64,000 bases of DNA, from positions 2,144-66,143 of the forward strand of contig JAGWOD010000002.1 of the NCBI GenBank assembly GCA_028871115.1. Direction: 5' to 3'. Position 1 is the first letter of the stretch, and each line of letters opens with the position of its first letter. Under the pieces are notes generated by a model. That model worked only from the letters and a program-made list of their open reading frames with translations. It made no database searches and was not told the origin of the DNA. The translations under genes were made by a program, and so were the position numbers. Of this stretch, positions 18,748-27,429 are shown one piece after another. Source of the stretch: Patescibacteria group bacterium (GTDB lineage Bacteria; Patescibacteriota; Minisyncoccia; Phycocordibacterales; SBAW01).

Positions 18748-19425
18748 TTACAATACGTACTTACCTTCCTTATCGTCTCGGATGACCTTTCCACGGTCCA
18801 TAGTGATGACTCGCTTCTTGAGACTGTCGATAACTCCTTTATTGTGGGTAGTAAGCATAACGGTCGTGCCAAGGTCGTTTATTTTCTTCAGAATCTGCAC
18901 CACCTCAAAGGTATTCACAGGGTCGAGGTTGCCTGTGGGCTCATCCGCAACAATCACATCCGGCTGATTGACGATGGCACGAGCTATAGCGACACGCTGC
19001 TGCTCGCCTCCCGAGAGCTGATGGGGGAAATGCCGCATCTTATCGCCAAGATCAACAAGCTCAAGTACGTGGGGAACATCTGAGGCAATCTCCTCTTCTG
19101 AGCGACCTGCTGCTTCCATGGCGAAGGCAATATTTTCATAGGCCGTCTTATCAGGTAGAAGGCGGAAATCTTGAAATACCGTCCCTATCTTGCGGCGCAC
19201 GGCGAATAACTGCCGTGGGGGCATTTCATGGATATTTTCCGACTGGAAAAAGACAGAGCCCGAGGTAGGGCGCTCTTCCGCAAGGAGCATCTTCATGAGT
19301 GTCGTCTTTCCTGCCCCACTGTGTCCCACGATGGAGAGAAATTCACCGGGTTCGACAGAGAAGCTGACATCCTCAAGCGCCGCTTCTCCTTTGTAGATCT
19401 TGGTGACTTTATCGTAATAGATCAT
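18748..19425 (-). CDS. ftsE: cell division ATP-binding protein FtsE
   Basis: GHSGAGKTTL Walker A, LSGGEQQRVAIARA signature and VADEPTGNLD Walker B. Confidence 0.9.
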   Translation of the reverse strand: MIYYDKVTKIYKGEAALEDVSFSVEPGEFLSIVGHSGAGKTTLMKMLLAEERPTSGSVFFQSENIHEMPPRQLFAVRRKIGTVFQDFRLLPDKTAYENIAFAMEAAGRSEEEIASDVPHVLELVDLGDKMRHFPHQLSGGEQQRVAIARAIVNQPDVIVADEPTGNLDPVNTFEVVQILKKINDLGTTVMLTTHNKGVIDSLKKRVITMDRGKVIRDDKEGKYVL

Positions 19426-19533
19426 CCTGTGAAGCCTTCAAAACGACAATGGCGGACACGCCGCCGTTACACACTCCATGATACCGCGCACAGGAGTAAG
19501 TGCAAAATTGGAAGGTCTATACTCAAAAATTTA

Positions 19534-20418
19534 TTATGGGGAGAGCTTCGACTCCGCGTCAAGGAATTCATCGATATCGCCCCCGAGTACCCGATCAGTA
19601 TCGCGCACCTCTACATTGGTGCGATGATCTTTAACGAGTTTATAAGGATGAAGCACATAAGAGCGTATCTGATTGCCCCACTCGATCGAAGTCGCCTTCG
19701 TCGGAGCAAGCCCCTGCTCCTCTTTCTGTCGATCCGCTTCCTGTTTCCGGTACAATTTGCCGCGCAGAAGTTCCATTGCCTTCTCCCGATTGGCGTGCTG
19801 GCTGCGCTCGGAATCAACATGGACCGCGATGCCCGTGGGTGGGTGTACAATTCGCACCGCTGTTTCGCGTTTATTAACATTCTGCCCTCCCGGGCCGCTC
19901 GAGCGAGCGAACTGGATTTCTATTTCTTCAGGAGGAATTTCGAGGTCCTTAGCTTCGGGAAGCTCCGGCACTATTTCAACGAGCACAAAAGAGGTTTGCC
20001 GCAGACTCTTGGCATTAAAGGGAGACTGCCTCACAAGACGATGTACACCAGATTCGTTCTTTAAGATTCCGTATACCCCCTTGCCAGAGATCTCGGCCGA
20101 GAGATTGCGATATCCGCCGTGATCATTTTCATTTTTATGGAGCACGCGCATCCCCCAGCCGCGTCTCTGTGCAAGGCGGGTGTACATCTCAAAAAGCATC
20201 CGAGCAAAATCCTCGGCGTCATCCCCGCCAGCACCCGCAACAACAGAAAAAATTGCATTCCCCTTGTCGTATTTCCCTGCGCCAGAGGCTTCGCTTTTGA
20301 GTTCTTGAAGCTCCTTGATAAGAGAGTGAGCATTTCCTTTGTTACTCCAAAAATCCGCCTGCTGCATGGCGATCTCTATTTCAGCGATACGGCTCTCTCT
20401 CTTCTCTTTGGCGTCCAT
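19534..20418 (-). CDS. prfB: peptide chain release factor 2 (N-terminally compact)
   Basis: The SPF tripeptide motif (SPFNA), GGQ motif (GPGGQNVNK) and RF core are present. Length is 294 aa. No in-frame UGA or CUU-UGA frameshift site was found upstream. Confidence 0.85.
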   Translation of the reverse strand: MDAKEKRESRIAEIEIAMQQADFWSNKGNAHSLIKELQELKSEASGAGKYDKGNAIFSVVAGAGGDDAEDFARMLFEMYTRLAQRRGWGMRVLHKNENDHGGYRNLSAEISGKGVYGILKNESGVHRLVRQSPFNAKSLRQTSFVLVEIVPELPEAKDLEIPPEEIEIQFARSSGPGGQNVNKRETAVRIVHPPTGIAVHVDSERSQHANREKAMELLRGKLYRKQEADRQKEEQGLAPTKATSIEWGNQIRSYVLHPYKLVKDHRTNVEVRDTDRVLGGDIDEFLDAESKLSP

Positions 20419-20433
20419 GAAGGCGAGTATAGC

Positions 20434-21072
20434 ATGATCGTTGACTTTTTATTTAAAATCAGTATCGTGCACGGCAGACGCTATAAAGAGAAACAGGGGG
20501 TGGCTGTGCTTCAAAGCATCCATAAAAACGACTGGAGCGATTTTCCGTGGAACGTGGAAAAAAAATTCTGGAAGGTGCGAATCTTCGTTGAGGTCTTCTC
20601 GGTTGAGTATAAAACTCCCGCGGAACGCAACGGGGAGTATGCGGGACCACGCGGACCTCTTGGATATCTGCTCGTCAAAAATCTCTATCATTCCGACCCG
20701 AAGTGGCAGTTGCCAGGAGGTCGTAAGTGCAAGGAAGAAAAAACCCCGCTTGAAACTGCGGTCCGGAAAGTGCTTGAGGAGACCGGCATTGGAGCTCCAG
20801 CAGAAAGCTTCTGTCTGGCGAGTTCTGGCGAGTGCGGCGGCAGCAAGCCCTTCCTCTTCACTCTCGGCATGCGGACAGACAATCCACACAGTTTGGGAAG
20901 GGCTGACCTCCCGGAGAGCGTGACGGTGTTCTTTTCCTCAGCACGCTTCTATGACCTGATACGCGAAGGGCAATTCCCCTACACCCATTTTCAAGCGCTG
21001 ATAGATACTGCGACCATTATTCCTCTTGGGGATCCGTGGTCGCAGAAGAAACTTCGACACGCGGCTCTCTAA
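20434..21072 (+). CDS. NUDIX hydrolase
   Basis: GGRKCKEEKTPLETAVRKVLEETGI approximates the Nudix box. The start is taken at MIVDF because the longer ORF-track start overlaps prfB on the opposite strand. Confidence 0.6.
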   Translation: MIVDFLFKISIVHGRRYKEKQGVAVLQSIHKNDWSDFPWNVEKKFWKVRIFVEVFSVEYKTPAERNGEYAGPRGPLGYLLVKNLYHSDPKWQLPGGRKCKEEKTPLETAVRKVLEETGIGAPAESFCLASSGECGGSKPFLFTLGMRTDNPHSLGRADLPESVTVFFSSARFYDLIREGQFPYTHFQALIDTATIIPLGDPWSQKKLRHAAL

Positions 21073-21085
21073 GAGCCGCGTTTTT

Positions 21086-21157
21086 CTTTGCTTGAGCCAG
21101 AGGCCGGGTTCGAACCGGCGACCTGCGGTTTACGATACCGCTGCTCTACCAACTGAG
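21086..21157 (-). tRNA. tRNA-Thr (anticodon CGT)
   Basis: Fold gives acceptor GCCAGAG/CTCTGGC, D-arm GCTC-AGTTGGTA-GAGC, anticodon loop ATCGTAA and T-arm GCCGG-TTCGAAC-CCGGC. No encoded CCA. Confidence 0.8.
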
Positions 21158-21357
21158 CTACTCTGGCGGAGTCGACCCATGGTAGCGGAGTCAGACCCTT
21201 TTTTCAAACTAAATCCTAACAGCCTGAGCTATGTCGCACATATTTCATGGAATAGAAAGAGATAGACGTCAATTCATGAATCGTTAATGTAAGTTCTGCA
21301 TACTTATAGCGTCAGTATCAGTGTTCAGGGCGCATTAATAAGCTAACAACTTATAGT

Positions 21358-22032
21358 ATGCATCTACTTATCGTCGAAGATGAAGAGGGTCTTGCCCAAG
21401 CACTCAAGCGGGGGTTAGAGCTCAAAGGGTATGCGGTCGACTGGCTCTCCAATCCAGAGAAGGCTCGAACCCGTATTCTTCTCTATCGCAATGAATATGA
21501 TCTCGTAATACTTGATCTTATGCTCCCCGGGATTGACGGAGCGACCATTACCAAGACGGTTCGGGAAGAGAACGTAACGACCCCCATTATCATCCTGACC
21601 GCTCGGAACGAGACCGAATATAAGGTGGACCTCCTCAACGCAGGAGCTGACGATTACGTAGTGAAGCCATTCTCTTTCGAGGAGTTGCTCGCGCGCATAG
21701 CCTCCGTTTTGCGCCGGCCGACACTCTCTCAGCCTCTCGTGCTCTCCGCAGGGATCCTTGAAATGGACACTGCAACCCGCACGGTAAAAGCAAAAGGAGT
21801 GTCGATACCTCTTACCCTCAAGGAATACTCTCTTCTTGAGTGTTTTCTCCGCCGACCGAACGAAGTCCTGACGCGGGAAGAACTCTTCAACCGAGTATGG
21901 GATTTCAATTCCCTCTCTTGGAGCAATGTACTCGATGTCCACATGAAAAATCTTCGTAAAAAACTAGGTACCGAACATCATGACGCCCATTTCGAAACAG
22001 TTCGTGGCGTGGGTTACCGGCTGGCGGTCTAG
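21358..22032 (+). CDS. OmpR-family response regulator (REC + winged helix)
   Basis: The N-terminus MHLLIVEDEEGL and DLMLPGIDG carry the phospho-acceptor Asp. The C-terminus has the wHTH with the LTLKEYSLLECF pattern. Confidence 0.9.
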   Translation: MHLLIVEDEEGLAQALKRGLELKGYAVDWLSNPEKARTRILLYRNEYDLVILDLMLPGIDGATITKTVREENVTTPIIILTARNETEYKVDLLNAGADDYVVKPFSFEELLARIASVLRRPTLSQPLVLSAGILEMDTATRTVKAKGVSIPLTLKEYSLLECFLRRPNEVLTREELFNRVWDFNSLSWSNVLDVHMKNLRKKLGTEHHDAHFETVRGVGYRLAV

Positions 22033-23116
22033 CTACGCGGGTCTCTACCGGGATAATATATTCCTGAGAACTGCGCTCTATGTCGTGGCGCTTCAGGTAG
22101 CCCTGGTTATTGTCTCCGTGGCCGCCTTCTCGGTTGCACTCCACTACACCAACCAGCAGATCATCAATGCGGTCATCGCCCACGCACCCTCCTCCTTCGT
22201 GGGTTCGCAGGCACAAAGCCTTCCCGACTCGATAAATGCCATACAGCAGCAGACCGTGCGCTACGTCTTCGCAGGCGTAGTGACCGTCGCGGCGCTCTTC
22301 GGGGCACTTCTCGCCTATGTAACCTTACGCCCGGCGCGCACGAGCCTTCATTATCAAAAGCTCTTCATCAGCAATGTCGCCCATGAGCTGCGCACACCGC
22401 TCTCAACGATAAAGACCTCGGCCGAGGTCGGGCTTCTTGATACCACACTCTCCCCCTCCGCACGTAAAGCCCTCACCGACACTGTGAGCGAGCTCGATCG
22501 CATCTCGGAGATCATAAACAACCTTCTCTCTCTTAACCGCCTCCTGCGTCCTGAGCGTATGGAGTTCCAGAACGTTGACCTCGGTCCCCTCATCGATAGG
22601 GTCGTCGGTCGGCTCTCTGCCCTCGCAAACGAACGAGGTGTCGAAGTAATCGTGCGCAAAAACGACTACGGCACCGTCTGGGGCAACCCTGGAGCGCTTG
22701 AGCAGGTGCTCACCAATATCCTCAAGAATGCTGTAAGCTACACACCAAAGGATCGGGGCGGGCTCGTGACCGTTTCATTAGCGCCCAATTACCGGGGAGC
22801 GGTCGTATTCTCGGTTGCCGATAATGGCATTGGCATCTCTCAGCATGACCTCTTTCATATTTTTGAACCGTTCTACCGGGCGGACCTCTCCCGGACACGT
22901 AACATCAAGAAAAGCGGCTCGGGATTGGGGCTTGCTATCGTCAACGAGATTGTACGGGTACACCGTGGAAAAATACATATTCAAAGCGCCCCTAGCAAAG
23001 GAACCACGGTGTCGGTCATATTGCCGACAGGCACCACACCCTCAGGAGAACTCGAGGCCCGGGGTCCCAAAGAGAATTTAAGTGAGGTATCTATAGATTT
23101 CTCAAGAGGGTTATAG
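21980..23116 (+). CDS. sensor histidine kinase (HisKA + HATPase_c)
   Basis: H-box SNVAHELRTPL, N-box LTNILKNAV, and G-boxes DNGIGI and GSGLGLAIV, with two N-terminal TM helices. It overlaps the response-regulator gene by 53 nt. Confidence 0.85.
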   Translation: MTPISKQFVAWVTGWRSSYAGLYRDNIFLRTALYVVALQVALVIVSVAAFSVALHYTNQQIINAVIAHAPSSFVGSQAQSLPDSINAIQQQTVRYVFAGVVTVAALFGALLAYVTLRPARTSLHYQKLFISNVAHELRTPLSTIKTSAEVGLLDTTLSPSARKALTDTVSELDRISEIINNLLSLNRLLRPERMEFQNVDLGPLIDRVVGRLSALANERGVEVIVRKNDYGTVWGNPGALEQVLTNILKNAVSYTPKDRGGLVTVSLAPNYRGAVVFSVADNGIGISQHDLFHIFEPFYRADLSRTRNIKKSGSGLGLAIVNEIVRVHRGKIHIQSAPSKGTTVSVILPTGTTPSGELEARGPKENLSEVSIDFSRGL

Positions 23117-23417
23117 TTTTGCGTTCACAAAAGCTTCAGCACGGACCAGGTAGAGTGGACACCGTCAGCGCACATGCGCGGCATGCGGCAAAAAGGAGCG
23201 CAATGCGCCGCCGCCTCTGCACAGGGAGAGCTAGTCACTCTCGCGCTGGACGTCACACGAGAGTGCCTCGCACACGGTCCATTATCCGCTCTTAAGCAAG
23301 GACACTATGCGAGAAAAGATGGTTTAGCCGAGGAGGCCGTAGCGCTTAACAACAACAAGCGAACGGCCTCCTCGGCGTACAGACCCCTCAAATTTGAAAC
23401 AGACCCTGTTAAATTTG

Positions 23418-23490
23418 AGCCGATGGACGGAATCGAACCGTCGACCTACGCCTTACCATGGCGTTGCTCTACCATCTGAGCTACATCGGC
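23418..23490 (-). tRNA. tRNA-Thr (anticodon GGT)
   Basis: Fold gives acceptor GCCGATG/CATCGGC, D-arm GCTC-AGATGGTA-GAGC, anticodon stem ACGCC/GGCGT with loop ATGGTAA, and T-arm GACGG-TTCGATT-CCGTC. Confidence 0.8.
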
Positions 23491-23591
23491 ACTACGTATT
23501 CGTAACTTACACAAAGTACAACAAAACGTTCAAAAATAAAACCTGCCGATCATTATGCCGGCAGGTTTTTACATATCGATTTAAAAGTAGA

Positions 23592-24335
23592 TCAGCTTGA
23601 AGTGGTTGCGCTTGTTTGCGCTGTCGTCGAGGCGGTGACTGCTGCAATGAGATTCTCTTGCATTACGGTGCGCATCGCGGCGAGGAGAATTGCCTGCTCA
23701 TGGGCTGAGAGCTCTGTGCTGCTTGATAACTCAGTGCCGAGAACGGTATGCGCAGTTGCTGCAAGCTGAAGTCCTAGAGCCGATTGGTTTGTAGCAAGAA
23801 GAAAGCTGTACCAGGGATAACGCACATTGACTGCGCCGCTCTCTGAGACCGTGGCATAGGCAGGCACGGTGACCGGAATGAATCCGAGAAAATAGGCAGG
23901 TTGATCATAGTCGATCGAAACAGAGCTTGTGCTGAGCTGTGCTGCGCCCATGTGTTCATCCTTGGTAATAAGTCCACTCGCATATGCGCTGAGCGCCTCT
24001 TCGGAAGTCACTGACGCGAGAGGAACCGAAGCGGTTGACGTGCTTGTGCTCGCAGTAAGGCTTGAGCGAGTAATTAAAATGAGAGGATTGTCGGCGCTTG
24101 ACCCTGAAGAGACAGAGACACCCGCCGAGGTGTTCACTGCAGCATTTGAGGTACTGTTTAGAGCGATTGCCCCGCCATCTCCACTACCTACAACACTCAC
24201 CGTCATAGATCCACTGGTTACGTCGGTAAGTCCTAGACCATATTCAGATTGGGCATAGGCCGGTATGGCCGGGAGAAGTCCCAAGAGTAGTACAATGCCG
24301 ATCCAAAAATATTCAAACTGTGAATGCGTCTTCAT
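23592..24335 (-). CDS. secreted Ser/Thr/Ala-rich hypothetical protein
   Basis: Signal peptide MKTHSQFEYFWIGIVLLLGLLPAIPAYA taken as the start. The remainder has long low-complexity S/T/A tracts. Confidence 0.45.
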   Translation of the reverse strand: MKTHSQFEYFWIGIVLLLGLLPAIPAYAQSEYGLGLTDVTSGSMTVSVVGSGDGGAIALNSTSNAAVNTSAGVSVSSGSSADNPLILITRSSLTASTSTSTASVPLASVTSEEALSAYASGLITKDEHMGAAQLSTSSVSIDYDQPAYFLGFIPVTVPAYATVSESGAVNVRYPWYSFLLATNQSALGLQLAATAHTVLGTELSSSTELSAHEQAILLAAMRTVMQENLIAAVTASTTAQTSATTSS

Positions 24336-24527
24336 AACCAAAATTGCCCTTACTATTGCTCGATATTGTATTGCTCCTGAGCGTATATCGAGATAAGTAT
24401 GTAGACGTGGGGTCTTCTCCTTTCTTACGGGTTTCTTCAGGTAGCTAAGTAAGTCATGAATGAATGAGACGTCTTCTCCTGTGTGCGAGGTCGATATTAT
24501 CAACATGCAAAGAGCATCTCAAAATTT

Positions 24528-25169
24528 ATGAAAACGCGAATTGTTCTTTCAGGCCTTACGGCGCTCGCCATGACTCTTGTAGTCGCAGGCACCGCATCGG
24601 CAGCAACGCTAACGAATCAGCTCGACATCGGTTCACAGGGCAGTGACGTTATCGCGCTGCAGCAGTATCTCGCGCAATATCCCAACATCTACCCACAGGG
24701 ACTTGTAACGGGCTACTATGGTTCGCTCACCGCACAAGCGGTTGCGAACTGGCAGCAAGCGAACGGCCTTCCTTCGGTCGGTCGGGTGGGTCCGCTCACT
24801 CTCGCCGCTCTCAATACGGCGATGGCGAGTTTCGTTTCTACCGATAATCTGACATCGACGGGCTCGCTTTCGCTTGCAAATGTCTCCGCTCCCGTTATGA
24901 GCCCGGAGGCAGTTGCGACGACCAGCACGTCGGCGACCATTTCCTGGACGACCGATAAGCCGGCCCATGATCGCGTCATGTACGGCACTGTGTGGCCCTT
25001 CCTCTATGCCACCGCGCCGAGTACCTCCAACCCTTCCTTCGGCACAACAGCGAACGTGACGATAACAGGTCTTCAGCCGAATACACTCTACTATTACGTA
25101 CGTGAGTCGGTTGATGCCTTCGGGAACGTGCAGTGGACGGTAGTACATACCTTTACCACAGCTTCCTAA
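24528..25169 (+). CDS. secreted protein with peptidoglycan-binding (PG_binding_1-like) domain and fibronectin type III-like domain
   Basis: Signal peptide MKTRIVLSGLTALAMTLVVAGTASA. GSQGSDVIALQQYLAQ...GYYGSLTAQAVANWQQANGL is the PG-binding repeat. TISWTTDKPA...TITGLQPNTLYYY is FN3-like. Confidence 0.6.
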   Translation: MKTRIVLSGLTALAMTLVVAGTASAATLTNQLDIGSQGSDVIALQQYLAQYPNIYPQGLVTGYYGSLTAQAVANWQQANGLPSVGRVGPLTLAALNTAMASFVSTDNLTSTGSLSLANVSAPVMSPEAVATTSTSATISWTTDKPAHDRVMYGTVWPFLYATAPSTSNPSFGTTANVTITGLQPNTLYYYVRESVDAFGNVQWTVVHTFTTAS

Positions 25170-25241
25170 GCCAGGAGATACCACAGATGTAAAATGCCGT
25201 CCCATAAAGGACGGCATTTTACTGGAGTACTTTTACAAACC

Positions 25242-26768
25242 CTAAAGAGAGATGGAGGAGTGGCCAACTGGAACAGTGATAGAGGGAAGAATACTGCTTC
25301 CGCCGCTACTTTGAGAAGAGCTCCCTCCCCCTGAGGAAGAGTCACCAACAGAAGAAGGGCTTACTGGAGTAGTGACAGAGGGGCCAGTACTACCTGAAAC
25401 AGCACTATCCGAAGAGGTCGATTCATTCTTATTTGGCAGAGAGGTAGTGCTTGAGCTAGAGGCAACGGAAGAAACATTTATTATTTGAAGCGAAGAAGAA
25501 CTCTCAATGGTGGGGGTGAGATAGAGTGGTGTACTAGTGCTACCTAAGGGGCCCTCATCTCCATACTCAGAAGATGAGGAAGCGGTAGGAGTAGAGGTAG
25601 ATACCGGTATACTCCTGTTAAATTCTCGACCATTTTTACTTCTGCGAGTACCGCTGACAGAGTTACTAGTGGTGGAGGTACTTTCTTGTTCCCCGGTGAT
25701 AATATCCCCAAGAAGAGATGGCAAAAGTTTAGCATTTGGAAATTGTTCATCGGCCTTAAAGAACGTACCGAGCTCTACCCCGGTCGCAAGTGCTTGCTGA
25801 TAGTGTATGAGTGCCTCTGTAGTGGAGCCTGAAGCGGCAGCATTGTTTCCGGCAGAGAGATTTTGCTCTGCTTCAGAGAGGTAGGTAGTGATCTGGGCGC
25901 TTGTTGAAGCATCGAAATACGTTTGCACTTTGTCATACTCATTTTGAGCAGCGTCGACATTCTCTTGTGCCTGGTCCCTCAAATCACTGGCGGCTTCTGC
26001 GTCAATCGTAGTGGAGGAGGTGGAACTTGTGGTGCTAGTGCTCAATGTACTCTCCTTAGTGGTGCTTGAAGCATGCATCGCTGCAGAAAAAACATTTGTA
26101 CCAATATCCTGAAGCGAGAGGTGGAGCGCTAGATCAGCGCTATCCCGCGCATGGGCGGCCAGAGCATCCGAATTTTCCTTGGTCGATTGATTGCCTTGAT
26201 CCTCCCCTATCTGAGTGAGTACTTCACCTTCCGCGCGCAATGAGACTCCGAGAGTCGAAGAAAGCCCTGCGGCAGAAGGGTCACCGCTTGCTTGCAATTG
26301 CTGGGTAATAGCAATCGCTTGATTCATATGTGTATCAAAATTGTCAGCAAGCTCCCCTTCTGTTGAAGTACTAAGCCTTCCTTGAGACGCGAGTTCTTGG
26401 GCCTCCTGCAGCCGCTCCTGTGCTACTTCCGCGTTCCATTGCGCCTTAGCTGTAGGAGTAACCGCGAAGGCTCCGCGTACTGGCTCATCCACATGTATCT
26501 TTACCGGGTAGAGCAAATCTCCGGGAAGCGATCCTTGCGCCGCGTAGGCAGTACCTCCCATGAGCAATATTGCCGCGAGCGCACCTGAGGAAAGTGCCGT
26601 TGCCCGAGGAAAGCGGCGTATAAAAATTGAGTAAGGTGAGGGGGTTGCAGCATATGTGGGCACAGGACTTATTGCCGCCTCAAGCGCGCTACGCATAGCT
26701 CCCTTCTCCCCTCTAGTAAGGCGGAATTTTGAAGCTTCGTTTTTCAAATGTCGTTGTAGACGGTTCAT
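25242..26768 (-). CDS. DUF5667-domain anti-sigma-factor-like membrane protein with Ser/Gly/Thr-rich C-terminus
   Basis: Single TM, then LPGDLLYPVK, the hallmark of DUF5667. It lies 11 nt downstream of an ECF sigma gene. The last roughly 120 aa are low-complexity S/T/G. Confidence 0.6.
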   Translation of the reverse strand: MNRLQRHLKNEASKFRLTRGEKGAMRSALEAAISPVPTYAATPSPYSIFIRRFPRATALSSGALAAILLMGGTAYAAQGSLPGDLLYPVKIHVDEPVRGAFAVTPTAKAQWNAEVAQERLQEAQELASQGRLSTSTEGELADNFDTHMNQAIAITQQLQASGDPSAAGLSSTLGVSLRAEGEVLTQIGEDQGNQSTKENSDALAAHARDSADLALHLSLQDIGTNVFSAAMHASSTTKESTLSTSTTSSTSSTTIDAEAASDLRDQAQENVDAAQNEYDKVQTYFDASTSAQITTYLSEAEQNLSAGNNAAASGSTTEALIHYQQALATGVELGTFFKADEQFPNAKLLPSLLGDIITGEQESTSTTSNSVSGTRRSKNGREFNRSIPVSTSTPTASSSSEYGDEGPLGSTSTPLYLTPTIESSSSLQIINVSSVASSSSTTSLPNKNESTSSDSAVSGSTGPSVTTPVSPSSVGDSSSGGGSSSQSSGGSSILPSITVPVGHSSISL

Positions 26769-26779
26769 AGTAGTGTAGA

Positions 26780-27310
26780 TTATTGCTCGAGCATCTCTCT
26801 CAATTTTTTGAGCCCCCGGTGGATACGGACGGATACGGTATTTTCACTTTCGTTGATGTGCCCCGCAATCTCCTGAGGAGAAAGACCATCGATGTAGCGC
26901 AGGGTAATAACCGTGCGGTAATTGTCTGGCAGCTGCCGCAAAGCGGCAACCGCGCGTGAGGCATCGAAACGTATCATGGCTTCCTCTAGTCCATCAGAGT
27001 CATCGCGCAGAAGTATACCTTCAAGCTGGACGCCGCTCTCATCGCTCTCAAGAAGTGCATCGAGCGACTGCGATTTCTGTTTACGATATTCGTCCACAAT
27101 AAGGTTGTTGAGAGTGCGGTAGAGGAATGAACGATACTGGCGAATCTCCTCTCCCCGAGACACATACTCCCATGCGCGCAGAAAGGCCTCCTGGGTAAGT
27201 TCGAGTGCCCGTTCACGCTCAGAAATGCGCATGAGGCAATGTCGAAAGAGCTCATCCGAATGCTTTTCGAATACTTCCTGGAACTCTCGTTTCAGGTCGT
27301 TATGCTCCAT
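26780..27310 (-). CDS. ECF-subfamily RNA polymerase sigma-70 factor
   Basis: Region 2 (FLRAWEYV...YRSFLYRTLNNLIVDEYR) and region 4 (LPDNYRTVITLRYIDGLSPQEIAGHINESENTVSVRIHRGLKKLR). Confidence 0.8.
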   Translation of the reverse strand: MEHNDLKREFQEVFEKHSDELFRHCLMRISERERALELTQEAFLRAWEYVSRGEEIRQYRSFLYRTLNNLIVDEYRKQKSQSLDALLESDESGVQLEGILLRDDSDGLEEAMIRFDASRAVAALRQLPDNYRTVITLRYIDGLSPQEIAGHINESENTVSVRIHRGLKKLREMLEQ

Positions 27311-27429
27311 AGGGGTTGACGGGTGACGATACGTATTCTTGCATACGTACCAGGCACCCCGCTAGGGCTCAGTATATACCGCCTGAAGGGAATGAGGCGA
27401 CCTAATTGGCGACAGTTCTATAAGGGAGA

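Noticed and set aside
20119-20433. Long N-terminal extension of the NUDIX ORF (start at 20119), and antisense ORF 20449..20889
   Set aside because: The extension is antisense to prfB coding sequence. The 146-aa minus ORF is antisense to the NUDIX gene and lacks motifs.
20400-20480. Programmed +1 frameshift in prfB
   Set aside because: The frame upstream of the ATG at 20418 hits a stop after 10 codons, and no CUU-UGA-C-like site or upstream short ORF in the appropriate frame was found. Gene treated as unshifted.
23174-23600. ORFs 23174..23479 (+) and 23394..23600 (+)
   Set aside because: They overlap tRNA-Thr(GGT) and have no protein-like features. The region is better explained as non-coding or as an RNA gene.
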